A DNA stretch of 64,000 nt from Alphaproteobacteria bacterium (GCA_965218375.1 OZ244618.1:1404950-1468949), one strand, 5' to 3'. Counted from the stretch's first letter, positions 41,385 to 51,945 are shown. Notes: generated by a model not told the origin, from the letters alone. Numbers and translations: made by a program.

Positions 41385-42950
41385 ATGAGTTGTGTTGATT
41401 TGCAACGGACACAGAGGTTCGACCCTTTACAAGTTGTGAAAACTTATTTTGGTTTTGCATCCTTTCGTGGACAGCAGGGGCATATTATCCGTAACATTTT
41501 ATCGGGTCATGATGTCTTGGCCATACTCCCAACAGGTGCGGGTAAGTCTTTATGCTATCAGGTTCCGGCCTTATGTTTAGAGGGTACCGCTCTTGTGATA
41601 AGTCCTTTGGTCGTGCTGATGGAGCAGCAGGCGCAACTTTTGCGGGATAAAGGTATTGCCGCAGCCGCGTTTCATTGTGGCCGTGCGCCGAAAGACCTCT
41701 CAACAGATATGAAGTTATTTGCTAAAGGGTCTTTAAAAGTGGCCTTTATTTCACCTGAACGGGTTATCGACCAATACTTTCAAGGCTTACTTGATCACGT
41801 TAAGTTAAGTTTAATCGCCATTGATGAGGCCCATTGTATATCAGAATGGGGGTACGATTTTCGACCAGAGTATGGACAATTATCACAAATTTTGAAGCGT
41901 TATCCCCGTATACCTAAGCTAGCTTTAACCGCAACGGCCTCCCCTCGGGTGCGCGGCGATATTTTAAATAGTCTTGGCCTCACAAGTGTCTTGGTCTTTA
42001 GCGAGAGTGTAGATCGTTTAAACTTATCTTTAAATGTTTATCCGAAACAGCAATTTCGCGCGCAGCTTGTGCGCTTTCTTAACCAGCACGCACACCTTGG
42101 GACGGGGTTAATTTATTGTCAGACGCGCAAGCAGGTTAACTCATTACACCTGTATTTGAATGGGTGCGGTTTTGAAACAGAGCCCTATCATGCGGGCTTA
42201 CCTCAGGATGAACGCCAGCGGGTTGCAGATATTTTTATCCAAGGCAAGGCGCCTCTGGTTATTGCAACGGTTGCGTTTGGTATGGGGGTCAATCGTTCTG
42301 ATGTCCGTTATGTTCTTCACGCGGATCCGCCTCGGAGTTTAAGCGCGTATGTCCAGCAAATTGGCCGTGCTGGTCGAGATGGCGTGCGGTCAATGACGGG
42401 CTTGTTTAGTGGGTTATCTGATATACAGCGTATTTGCCTTTTATTACAACGGGAACCGAAAAAATCCCTCAGGGAACAAAGGGTAGGGGAGTTTTGTGAT
42501 GTGGTGAAGTTTGCTGAGTCTCGGCTCTGTCGTTGGCAGTTCTTGCGGGTATACTTTGGCGAAGAGAAAGGCAAAGAGTGCGGGCAGTGTGATCGGTGCT
42601 GTCAAGATGTTAAGTGGATAGATGGTGCACTGTATGCACAAATGCTTCTAAGTGCCATATATCGGTGCGGAGTCGGCGTTGATACGCGTCATATTATTGA
42701 TGTGGTTATGGGACGCAGAACCCCCTATGTGGAGCGGTTTTCCTTTCAATTCCTAGGGGTTTTTGGCCAAGGCGCTGACCTCTCACGGGCATCATGGAGA
42801 TACCTCCTTAGGTGTTTAATTGGGGATCGTTTAATTGAGGTGGTGGGAGATCAATACCAAGCGTTCTTACGCGTCAATGAGAAAGCGCGTCCCCTCTTAA
42901 AAGGCGAGTGTGCATATGAAATTCCAGATCCCTTTTCCGCGCCCTGTTAA
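41385..42950 (+). CDS. recQ: RecQ-family ATP-dependent DNA helicase (short form: helicase plus zinc/winged-helix region, no HRDC)
   Basis: GFASFRGQQ, PTGAGKSLCYQ, DEAHCISEWGYDFR, and a 4-Cys zinc motif (C...C..C..C). Start at ATG 41385. Confidence 0.8.
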   Translation: MSCVDLQRTQRFDPLQVVKTYFGFASFRGQQGHIIRNILSGHDVLAILPTGAGKSLCYQVPALCLEGTALVISPLVVLMEQQAQLLRDKGIAAAAFHCGRAPKDLSTDMKLFAKGSLKVAFISPERVIDQYFQGLLDHVKLSLIAIDEAHCISEWGYDFRPEYGQLSQILKRYPRIPKLALTATASPRVRGDILNSLGLTSVLVFSESVDRLNLSLNVYPKQQFRAQLVRFLNQHAHLGTGLIYCQTRKQVNSLHLYLNGCGFETEPYHAGLPQDERQRVADIFIQGKAPLVIATVAFGMGVNRSDVRYVLHADPPRSLSAYVQQIGRAGRDGVRSMTGLFSGLSDIQRICLLLQREPKKSLREQRVGEFCDVVKFAESRLCRWQFLRVYFGEEKGKECGQCDRCCQDVKWIDGALYAQMLLSAIYRCGVGVDTRHIIDVVMGRRTPYVERFSFQFLGVFGQGADLSRASWRYLLRCLIGDRLIEVVGDQYQAFLRVNEKARPLLKGECAYEIPDPFSAPC

Positions 42951-42972
42951 CTAAAAACCTATAGGGGGGGGG

Positions 42973-43803
42973 TTAGGAGTAGATATCTGGTTGTTTCTTG
43001 GAAAATAACGGAACTTTGTGGAGGGGTATTCCGCCAACTGCTGAAAAACTTGGATTAAGAAAGTCTGGTTTTCCGTATAGTAAAGGTGTGCCGTCATGTT
43101 GGATGACATGACCGCCAGCGGCACTAAGTAACGCGTGACCAGCCGCAGTATCCCACTCCATAGTCGGGGTGGTGCGAAGGTAAAAATCAGCAACATCTTC
43201 AGCGACCAACCCAAACTTGAGAGAACTTCCGCGGCGGATGAAGCTTTTTACAGGCATTTGATTGAGGTATTCTTGTAAGTTGGCGCTTTGGTGGTTTTGG
43301 CTGCCAACAAAACGCCAAAACTTATGGGCGGGTTTTACTTTCAAGGGCTGGCGCGTAGAGTGTGGCGTGATTTTAAAGGCAGATTTGTTTTCATCTGCCA
43401 CATATGTGGTATTAAAGGCGGGACAGTGGATAATACCAAGTACGGGAACCCCATCAACAATAAGGGCGATATTGACGGTAAAGTCAAAGCTGCCTCTAAT
43501 AAATCCTTTGGTACCGTCAAGGGGGTCAATTAACCAAAAGGGCGCATCGGTGATATCGGGAATATGGCCTTTTGCTGTTGCTTCTTCTCCAATACATTTA
43601 ATATGGGGATTGAGGGCGACTAATGTTTCTGTAATCAAGACTTCTGCTTTTTCATCGGCCTCTGTGACGGGGGAAAGATCAGGCTTGATGTCATAGTTAA
43701 AGTTAGAAGAGTGATAAATGTCTATAATTAACAGCCCTGCTCTTTGACACAAATCAATGAGAATGTTTATGGTATTTGATGGAAGGCCAAGGGTCTTAAG
43801 CAT
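42973..43803 (-). CDS. cysQ: 3'(2'),5'-bisphosphate nucleotidase
   Basis: IMPase-superfamily motifs (WLIDPLDGTKGF, WD.AAG). The size and N-terminus are typical of CysQ rather than SuhB. Confidence 0.75.
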   Translation of the reverse strand: MLKTLGLPSNTINILIDLCQRAGLLIIDIYHSSNFNYDIKPDLSPVTEADEKAEVLITETLVALNPHIKCIGEEATAKGHIPDITDAPFWLIDPLDGTKGFIRGSFDFTVNIALIVDGVPVLGIIHCPAFNTTYVADENKSAFKITPHSTRQPLKVKPAHKFWRFVGSQNHQSANLQEYLNQMPVKSFIRRGSSLKFGLVAEDVADFYLRTTPTMEWDTAAGHALLSAAGGHVIQHDGTPLLYGKPDFLNPSFSAVGGIPLHKVPLFSKKQPDIYS

Positions 43804-43872
43804 TGTAACAAACCATTTATTAAAGTCTTTTAAAATAAAAGTGTGGTGAAGGCGTACCGAGCATATTTTAGG

Positions 43873-46800
43873 TTAAGATGTATCTATGTGAGAGATATTA
43901 TAGCGAATTTTTAACCATTCCTCAGTGTTTTTCATTGCATGGGTGAGGGTTTTTGCTGAATTTGCTGCCGCAAGCAGGTCTTCACGCTCACAGTCTTCTG
44001 CTATTTGGAGGCATATCTTTTTGACATATATTGCAGATATGGTATCAGACGTCCCGATGAGCTGTGAGATTTGTTTGGCAATCTCAATCATATCCCCGCA
44101 TGACAGAGCGGTGTTAATTAAGATAAGGCGCTTGTTGGTATCTTTAAGAAAGTTTATGGCCAGCTCACGAATAAAACTTAACCCCAGTTCTTCTTCAGAT
44201 TTTGTCAGTTCTTCATTATCAATGATGATTTGGTCTTTAAAGGAAGTAATGAAAGACTTAATGGCAAAGGAAATCTTTTTCACACTAATAGGTTTTTGGA
44301 TAATTTGGCTGATACCTGCAATATGGGCATGTTTTGCAAGTTCTGGTGAGATATTATTGATCAAAAGAAAAATAGGGATATTGTTAATGTCAGCCTGCAA
44401 CGTACGAATAGAATGAGTAATATCAATACCATTGATATGCTCAACGTCATGATCAATGATAATAGCATCAACGGTTGAGGAAGTGTTTTTTAATATCTTG
44501 GAGAGTTCATTTTGGTTTTGGGCAAAGCTAATCTTATACCCTAAAGATTGGAGCTGAGAGAAGAGAGAGTCTTCGCTTTCAGGTTTTTTCATTGTCAGCA
44601 CAACATGTATGGAGTCTGCATCTAATCCAATCAGCTCGTCATAATCTTGTTCTTGTACCTGAGGCATCTCACTGAGCCGTTGCGTAAGAGACTTTTGGGA
44701 AGTCTGCTCCTTGTGAGCATCTATAACGTGTTTAATTTCCGCAACTAGCTCCACCGGATAGGTTAATTGTTTTGGCAGAACATAGGTTGGAATATTGCCA
44801 ATCAAAGAGGGAGTCTGTTGATGCAGAATATCAATACTTTTCTGATCAGCGATAATAATCATATTATCTTTATTTGAGATGGCGGATGTCCCATGTAGGG
44901 CATCAATCACATGTCTAATATCGTTATATTTATAAATGGTTGGGTTATAATTTGAGAGAAAGGTTTCTACCTTTTTTTCTCGGATAATGTTGCTCGTAAT
45001 CAGAATGATGCATATGTCTTTTAAGAGGGGGTACAGGGCATTGGTTACCGCATCATAGATTGGCATAATAGGCAGCTGCAAAAGTAAAAACTTTATCTCA
45101 TCATAGTCGGATGCTTGAACAATGGTTCCTTTCAAGGTTTTAAGACTATGGAGGATGTTTGACATGGGTAACCCAATTTCCGTCCACATTTGAGGAATAT
45201 TATTAATACTCATCTTATGGGTGTAATAGTACAAAATGTTGTTATTGAATAGGTGGGGAGATGATGATTCAATTTGAATGTAGATTTGATTTTTTTGCTG
45301 AGGGTTTCTTCTAATCCACAGGCCTACGAATCCTGAGTCGGTAACATCAATCGCATGGTTAAGGAGAGTCGAGAGCAGTCTTTCAAATTGTTTATTATCG
45401 ATAATCGCTAATTGAGGTAAGTTCGGGTCTGTAAAGAACTCATAGTCTAAATTTTTCTGACTAAGAAGGTGGGTGTAATTATTGATCGTGGACTCAATCA
45501 ATTCGGGAATACAACACTCACTTAAGTTTAGTTTATCTTGGCTCTGACCCTCGATGAAAGCGATAAGGTTCTCGATGCGCTGGATGTTGATATTGACGTC
45601 GACCATATCTTGTTGGCTTGCCTTTAGGGACCCTTGCTTAACACTATTCTGGTGATAGGCGTGTACTTTTCCTGTAAGCGAGAGAATCTCTTCATAAAAT
45701 TTATTCAGGTATGAGGTATGAGATTCCGCGTCGTGATCTATTTTTGCCTCAAGAACACGGAGTTTTTCTTTATAGTGGGTGATGGCGGAGATGTCTTTAA
45801 AAACAAGAACAACCATATAAATGGAATTTATACTCTTTTTCAAAGGAGAGAGGATAATTTCAAGTTCAAGAGATTTGTCAAAAATCTTGATGGTTTGCAG
45901 TTTTTTAGTTTTTAACAGGACTTTAAAACTCTCTTGCAATTCTGGAAATAGGGCACTCGACCAAATGTCGGTTAAAAGAGTGCCTTTGTGGTGGGTATTA
46001 GCCAGCCTATTTTCTAGAAAGTTTTTCGCAATATTATTCTGGTTAATTACGACCTGACTGGGAGTTAGAAGAATCAGCCCATCTGAAATAGACTGGAGAA
46101 TCGTGCTGTTGAGTATCTGTTTTTCTTTAGTTTGTTCATTTAGACTGCTCAGAGTATCGCGGTTTTTGAGGAGGCGCCAGATAAAAAGAAGATAGAACAG
46201 GAAGACGAGGGCTGTTGATGAAAATATTAATATGTTGCGATACATATTTTGTAATGGAAAGAGACTATTATCCATAAATGACATGATGCCAATATTGAGC
46301 TGACTATCGTTGGTAAGAGCAACGATAGTATTGTGATCAATAAAGGTTTCATGGGTCAGATTAGACTTAGAATTTAAAATGGTATTATTGTGGTTTATAA
46401 AACGATACAGCTCTTCAAATTCCTCGTAGCTCCATTCAAAATTGCTGACTGTCTCTTGATCGTTTGGAGGCGCTGAATGGTGGTGAGGGTCATACTCAGG
46501 GTGAGAATGATTGGAATGGCTCGGTATGTTATACCCAATTTTTGCTAAAATATTACCAACGCATTGTAAGTTGTGGCTGTCACTAAAGTTAGAACTTTTT
46601 TTGATAATATACCCTTGTGAGTTTATCCATAAGTATTGGTAAAGGTTATTTTTAGATTCATCTAAGATGGTCGCCCATAATTTATCTGCATTGATGCGTG
46701 CGGCAATTACCCCCCGAATAGTGCCGTTATTATTTTCCAAAGGCATTACCATAGTAACAATTTGGCCCTTCTCAAGAAGCTTTTTTTTAAGCAGAAAAAC

Positions 46801-47274
46801 TTTTTTATAGTTTCTAATTCCATTGGAGGAGGAGGGTGACGAGTAAATAATATTGGGCTGATTGCCCCTGGGCGGTGCAGTCATTAAGCTATGAGCGACA
46901 ATAGCACCTGTATCCGTAAGGATCCCGACATCTTCAACAAAAACGTTGTTGTCAACGCTCATCTTCAGGTAAGGCGTCAGGTGATGTAGAGTTCTATCAG
47001 GGTTAAGTTGGGCTGGAAGTAAGAACGAGATTTGATCAAGAGTTTTTTGTATTTTCCGCAAGTGCGTCTGGATTAGGGAGTGTTTTTGGTTAGAGTGTCC
47101 CTGAATGGCGTACTTGGAAACTTCCAGAGATGTTTTCTTATTAAATAAAACTGTTGTATTCACAAATAAAACAAAAATAATTGTACACGCAAATAAGATA
47201 GTCACTAAATACAAGCCTTTTCGTATTTGAGCGTCAGCAAGTTTAAAGTCACGATCAGTATCTTTCAGCAACAT
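43873..47274 (-). CDS. large hybrid sensor protein: periplasmic sensor between two TM segments, PAS, HisKA/HATPase-like region, receiver-like domain(s), and a C-terminal Hpt-like domain
   Basis: 1133 aa. HATPase N-box LSTLLNHAIDVTDSG. Receiver with D (IIIDHD) and K-P (IIQKP). Hpt-like tail IAKQISQLIGTSDTISA in which the expected His is a Gln. Confidence 0.65.
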   Translation of the reverse strand: MLLKDTDRDFKLADAQIRKGLYLVTILFACTIIFVLFVNTTVLFNKKTSLEVSKYAIQGHSNQKHSLIQTHLRKIQKTLDQISFLLPAQLNPDRTLHHLTPYLKMSVDNNVFVEDVGILTDTGAIVAHSLMTAPPRGNQPNIIYSSPSSSNGIRNYKKVFLLKKKLLEKGQIVTMVMPLENNNGTIRGVIAARINADKLWATILDESKNNLYQYLWINSQGYIIKKSSNFSDSHNLQCVGNILAKIGYNIPSHSNHSHPEYDPHHHSAPPNDQETVSNFEWSYEEFEELYRFINHNNTILNSKSNLTHETFIDHNTIVALTNDSQLNIGIMSFMDNSLFPLQNMYRNILIFSSTALVFLFYLLFIWRLLKNRDTLSSLNEQTKEKQILNSTILQSISDGLILLTPSQVVINQNNIAKNFLENRLANTHHKGTLLTDIWSSALFPELQESFKVLLKTKKLQTIKIFDKSLELEIILSPLKKSINSIYMVVLVFKDISAITHYKEKLRVLEAKIDHDAESHTSYLNKFYEEILSLTGKVHAYHQNSVKQGSLKASQQDMVDVNINIQRIENLIAFIEGQSQDKLNLSECCIPELIESTINNYTHLLSQKNLDYEFFTDPNLPQLAIIDNKQFERLLSTLLNHAIDVTDSGFVGLWIRRNPQQKNQIYIQIESSSPHLFNNNILYYYTHKMSINNIPQMWTEIGLPMSNILHSLKTLKGTIVQASDYDEIKFLLLQLPIMPIYDAVTNALYPLLKDICIILITSNIIREKKVETFLSNYNPTIYKYNDIRHVIDALHGTSAISNKDNMIIIADQKSIDILHQQTPSLIGNIPTYVLPKQLTYPVELVAEIKHVIDAHKEQTSQKSLTQRLSEMPQVQEQDYDELIGLDADSIHVVLTMKKPESEDSLFSQLQSLGYKISFAQNQNELSKILKNTSSTVDAIIIDHDVEHINGIDITHSIRTLQADINNIPIFLLINNISPELAKHAHIAGISQIIQKPISVKKISFAIKSFITSFKDQIIIDNEELTKSEEELGLSFIRELAINFLKDTNKRLILINTALSCGDMIEIAKQISQLIGTSDTISAIYVKKICLQIAEDCEREDLLAAANSAKTLTHAMKNTEEWLKIRYNISHIDTS

Positions 47275-47631
47275 TAAATCAAAGCCTTTATTTAGGGTGT
47301 CTTAAATGTCAGGTAGATATTACAACGATCATTTGAGAGCACTTTGGGAGGGGTAATAAAAGTATAATAAAAACAAGTCTGATAAATCTGATATTTTATT
47401 TAGAAAACAAAAAATCTCTTTATTTATAATTTTATCTTCTTCAACTGTGAAATAAAATGCTTATATTTTCAATACTAAAATGAGTGTATTTATTGGGAAT
47501 ACTTTTCTTTTAAAGGAATTTATAACCCTTTAGTCTATACCTTTTTATAATTTTAGGGAAAATTATTTTTTGTTACTATGCTTTTGGATTAGATCTCTTC
47601 CAAGGAGTATGAGTCACGGCCCTGAAAACCT

Positions 47632-47671
47632 AGAGGGTCATGATGAAAGAGGGGCGACATCATGACCCTCT
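47632..47671 (-). terminator. perfect 14-bp inverted repeat hairpin downstream of ridA
   Basis: AGAGGGTCATGATG-12 nt-CATCATGACCCTCT, 40 bp after the ridA stop. Confidence 0.5.
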
Positions 47672-47709
47672 CGTTAGATTTGGCGCGTAAGGCATTGGGG
47701 AAGAGCGTA

Positions 47710-48174
47710 TTATTTTAATTCAACAATGGCCTCAATTTCGACGCTTGCCCCAAATGGTAAGGCACTGACGCCAAGGGCAAATCGAGCGTGTTTACCGTTA
47801 TCGCCAAAAACATTGACGAGTAAGTCGGAAGCAGCATTGATAATTTTTGGATGATTAAAGAAAGTCGAAGAACTGGCAACAAATCCACCTAACTTGATAA
47901 AGCGTTTGATGTTATCAAGATCACCGCCAGCAGCTATTTTAGCTTGGGCGATAATATTAATACCGCATAGCTCTGCGGCTTTACGAGCATCTTCTTCACT
48001 AATATCAACTCCAGCGGTTCCTTTGTATAAAATTTCACCATTTTTTATTGGCAGTTGACCAGATATATATACAAGGTTGCCTGAAACCGTGTAGGGAAGG
48101 TAGTTTGCCGCAGGTGCAGCCGCTGCTGGTAGGTCAATATCAAGTGTCTTTAGTCTTTCAATTATATCTGACAT
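47710..48174 (-). CDS. ridA: RidA/YjgF/TdcF-family reactive-intermediate deaminase
   Basis: 154 aa. YjgF signature region (GGFVASS...ARFALGVSALPFGASVEIEAI). Confidence 0.85.
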   Translation of the reverse strand: MSDIIERLKTLDIDLPAAAAPAANYLPYTVSGNLVYISGQLPIKNGEILYKGTAGVDISEEDARKAAELCGINIIAQAKIAAGGDLDNIKRFIKLGGFVASSSTFFNHPKIINAASDLLVNVFGDNGKHARFALGVSALPFGASVEIEAIVELK

Positions 48175-48454
48175 TTCCTTTATCCTTATGTGATGTAATT
48201 GTATTTAAAACAGGTTTATGTATAATTAAGTTGATAATAGAATGGTTTGATAGGATACTGCAACCAATATAACATATTCATTTATTGATTTTTTTTGAGT
48301 GTGCGTTTTAATAATAATGATGTGTTCAAAATTCCTGATTGTGGTAGGAGCGCCCGTTATTTTGAGCGGGTTTGACTGGGAGGGCGCGTTATGTGGAGAC
48401 GTAGATTTAAGGTGTGATATCGTGGCCTTGAAATAAGTTTGATAGGAAATAATA

Positions 48455-49588
48455 ATGCCTACATTGCAAGACCTTCATTTTTTTACTAACGATCCGAAGG
48501 GGTGGAATAATTGGGTGCAGTCTGGGTCCAATAGGTTCGCGTATTTACCTGGTGGGGAGTTGTCTCAGTACTTTTTTAGTGAGATTAATTTTAAAAATGC
48601 CTACCTGAAGGATACGCAACTGTGTGGTGCTAATCTAAGTCGGGCAGATTTGCGGGGGGCGAACCTTGCAGGTGCGGACTTGAAAGAGGCGAACTTGGTG
48701 GGGGCAAATTTAGATGGCGCATACTTTTGTGGGGCGAATCTTACAGGTGCTGACTTGGCAGAAGCCTCTATGAATGGTACGAATTTTAGCGATGCGCGCA
48801 TGGATCAAGTGCGTTTAACTGGCGTTGCGTGCAGTAATACAGTCTTCTTTAATTCGAGTATGCGGTATATCCAAGGGGAGAACTTGCGCCTCCATCATGG
48901 GAATCTCGATAATACTGACCTTACGGGCAGCGTCCTACACGGGAGTGAATTTTCTTCTGTTAATGCCCGTAATGCCCTTTTCACAGCAACTCAGGCGCAA
49001 AATATTGATGTTAAACTCTCTAATATGTCCTATGCAAACTTTGATAAGGCAGATTGGACAGAGTCTTCCTTGCAGATGAGCACTTTCTTTAATGCCAGTA
49101 TGTGCGGCATCAACTTAAAATCAGCTTCCATCCATAAAGTTGATTTAAGTTATGCGGACCTTCGTAAGGCACAGATAAACAAGTCACATATTGCCAATAG
49201 CCGGTTCAATCGGGCAGCGTTTTGGCAGTCTAACCGTAAGGGGTGGGAAATTGTTGATGTTCATTGTAATGAGGCATACTGGGATAAGGAGTGTACTGAA
49301 GTTATTTACTATTCCCCAGGGGAATTTCAAAAATTCTTGACATCAGTGCCGATTATTAACCTTATGGTCCAGTTATCTATTTCCCAAGTGGGGTATCGTC
49401 TGCAGGTTATTCTTGACCACTTAAAGAGTCATTTTAAAAATGTGGACTTGGAAATTAGAGCTATGTATGAATTAGATGGGTCGTCGTCGTCGATTGCGGT
49501 TGCAATTCTTGATGATGGCGGGTGTCACCCTCTTGACCTTGCGTCCCAGATGCTTGTGGTTGCGAGTGAGTTGACAGATATCCAATAA
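48455..49588 (+). CDS. pentapeptide-repeat protein with a roughly 110-aa non-repeat C-terminal extension
   Basis: More than 40 consecutive A(N/D)LxG-type pentapeptides (ANLSRADLRGANLAGADLKEANLVGANLDGA...). Confidence 0.8.
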   Translation: MPTLQDLHFFTNDPKGWNNWVQSGSNRFAYLPGGELSQYFFSEINFKNAYLKDTQLCGANLSRADLRGANLAGADLKEANLVGANLDGAYFCGANLTGADLAEASMNGTNFSDARMDQVRLTGVACSNTVFFNSSMRYIQGENLRLHHGNLDNTDLTGSVLHGSEFSSVNARNALFTATQAQNIDVKLSNMSYANFDKADWTESSLQMSTFFNASMCGINLKSASIHKVDLSYADLRKAQINKSHIANSRFNRAAFWQSNRKGWEIVDVHCNEAYWDKECTEVIYYSPGEFQKFLTSVPIINLMVQLSISQVGYRLQVILDHLKSHFKNVDLEIRAMYELDGSSSSIAVAILDDGGCHPLDLASQMLVVASELTDIQ

Positions 49589-49678
49589 AAGCTCGGCGAG
49601 GGCCGAGCGTGGTGATCTTAAGTATATGGGTTAATTTTTGTCTTAAGTGTTCTGGAGCAAGAGGAGAGTACGCGTAAA

Positions 49679-51895
49679 ATGGTTATGTCTTATTCTGAGT
49701 CTAATAAGAATGATATGTTTAAAAATAAAGAAAATACCTATTTAGCCCATTTAAATCAAGAACAGGCGGCGGCCGTGAAGGCGACGGAGGGCGCTGTTTT
49801 AGTTTTGGCTGGTGCGGGCACGGGGAAGACAAGGGTGTTGACCACCCGTTTTGCCCATATTATTACTTCGGGTTTGGCTGAGATATATCAAGTCCTTACG
49901 GTGACCTTTACCAACAAAGCAGCTTATGAGATGCGTACGCGGGCGTTGGCCATGCTGGGGCCCTATGAGATGAGAGAGCCCAACGACTTATGGTTAGGGA
50001 CTTTTCATAGTATTTGCGTACGGATTATCCGTCGTCATGCTGAAGTTTTAGGGTTACAGTCTAATTTTACAATCCTGAATATGGATGATGTTCTGCGGAT
50101 TATCAAACAACTCGCCCTTGACCAGAATATTGATAGTAAAAAGTGGTCGCCACGCTATATTATGGGAACAATTGAGCGCTGGAAAGATCGGGCCTTACGG
50201 CCAGACCAGGTGACCCAAACGGAAGGCGCCGGTATTTGTAGCGGTAAGATTCATAAGATATATCAGCGCTATCAAGAACGCTTAAAAACATTAAATGCAT
50301 GTGATTTCAGTGACTTAATTCTGCACTGTATTTATCTATTTCAGAATCACCCTGATATACTTGATCGATATCACCGTCGGTTCCGCTATATTTTAGTTGA
50401 TGAGTATCAAGATACCAATGTTGCCCAATATTTATGGCTGTGTTTTCTTGCTCGTGGTCATGGCAATATCTGTTGTGTTGGAGATGATGATCAATCTATT
50501 TATGGGTGGCGCGGTGCTGAAGTTAATAATATTTTACAATTCAAGCAAAAGTTTCCTGATGCGCAGGTGATTCGTTTACAGCAAAATTATCGGTCAACTG
50601 GGCATATTTTGAAGGCGGCAAGTGGGTTGATAAGTTTTAACCGTCATCGCCTTGGAAAAGAATTGTGGACGGACTCTGGAGAAGGGGATGTCATCACAGT
50701 TTGTCATATGTGGAATGGCGAGGAAGAAGCCATTTGGGTTGGTGAACATGTGGAGGAGCTGCAGCGCCAAGGTGTTGCCTTGAGCAATTTGGCAATTTTA
50801 GTGCGCGCGGGTTTTCAGACACGTATCTTTGAGGAACGTTTTCTACACCTTGGCGTGCCATATATGGTTATTGGGGGGGCACGGTTTTATGAGCGTATGG
50901 AAATACGGGATGCACTCGCTTACTTTCGTGTCTTGCAGCAACCAGATGATGATTTAGCTTTTGAACGAATTATTAATAAACCTAAGCGGAAGATTGGAGA
51001 GAAGACGATTAATCTCCTCCGTAATTTTGGGTATCAGGAGGGGGTAGGTCTGTATAAGGCCGCCGCTCAGTTAATTACAACAGATCGTATTCCTGCTGGA
51101 GCGCGCAAGTCTTTAAAAGAGTTGCTCGAACATTTTGACCGGTGGCGTGCTCATGCGGATGGCAAGAGTCCTGCAGAATGCGCGGAGCAGGTGTTAGAGG
51201 AGTCGGGTTATTTTACTTTTTGGCGCATGGAACGGACACCCGATGCCCAAGGGCGCATTGAGTCGTTAAAAGAATTAATTATTGCCATTAATGAATTTGA
51301 CAGTCTGGCTGTATTTTTAGAGCATGTTGCTCTCGCAATTGATCTTCAACAAGAAGGACAGATTGAGGCGATCTCGGTGATGACACTGCATGCGGCGAAA
51401 GGTTTAGAGTATGATGTGGTTTTTCTTCCTGGCTGGGAAGAGGGGCTGTTTCCCCATCAACGCAGTTTAGATGAAGGGGGGGAGAACTCCCTTGAAGAAG
51501 AACGGCGCCTGGCCTATGTGGGGTTGACCCGCGCGAAACGTAAAGTCTTTATCAGTTGTGCACAAAATCGGCGTGTACATGGGCATTATATCAATTCAGC
51601 GCCGAGTCGTTTTATTAAGGAACTTCCTGAAGATACCCTTGATCTTTCTCCCCTGGACGCATTAAGTGTTTCCCATAACCGCCATAGGTACGACGCCCAT
51701 AGCGCAGCTGCACCTGTAAAGAAAAGGTCGTATCTTAAGAGCGCTTCTTCGCATCATATTTCAATTGCAGATCAGGTGATGCATACAACATTTGGCAATG
51801 GAACCGTATCTAAGGTGGAGGGTGGCCGGTTAGAGGTTGACTTTGAGGGTGTGGGAAGAAAAAAGATTATGGCCAATTTTGTGCAAAAAGCTTAG
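49679..51895 (+). CDS. uvrD: ATP-dependent DNA helicase, UvrD/Rep/PcrA family
   Basis: SF1 motifs: Walker A AGAGTGKT, DEYQDTN, motif IV NYRS, motif VI VGLTRAK. GAGGAG RBS 11 nt upstream. Confidence 0.9.
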   Translation: MVMSYSESNKNDMFKNKENTYLAHLNQEQAAAVKATEGAVLVLAGAGTGKTRVLTTRFAHIITSGLAEIYQVLTVTFTNKAAYEMRTRALAMLGPYEMREPNDLWLGTFHSICVRIIRRHAEVLGLQSNFTILNMDDVLRIIKQLALDQNIDSKKWSPRYIMGTIERWKDRALRPDQVTQTEGAGICSGKIHKIYQRYQERLKTLNACDFSDLILHCIYLFQNHPDILDRYHRRFRYILVDEYQDTNVAQYLWLCFLARGHGNICCVGDDDQSIYGWRGAEVNNILQFKQKFPDAQVIRLQQNYRSTGHILKAASGLISFNRHRLGKELWTDSGEGDVITVCHMWNGEEEAIWVGEHVEELQRQGVALSNLAILVRAGFQTRIFEERFLHLGVPYMVIGGARFYERMEIRDALAYFRVLQQPDDDLAFERIINKPKRKIGEKTINLLRNFGYQEGVGLYKAAAQLITTDRIPAGARKSLKELLEHFDRWRAHADGKSPAECAEQVLEESGYFTFWRMERTPDAQGRIESLKELIIAINEFDSLAVFLEHVALAIDLQQEGQIEAISVMTLHAAKGLEYDVVFLPGWEEGLFPHQRSLDEGGENSLEEERRLAYVGLTRAKRKVFISCAQNRRVHGHYINSAPSRFIKELPEDTLDLSPLDALSVSHNRHRYDAHSAAAPVKKRSYLKSASSHHISIADQVMHTTFGNGTVSKVEGGRLEVDFEGVGRKKIMANFVQKA

Positions 51896-51945
51896 AGCCG
51901 GTAAATGTCCAAGGTGGTTTTATTAATGTGTGAGTACAAGTTTTC

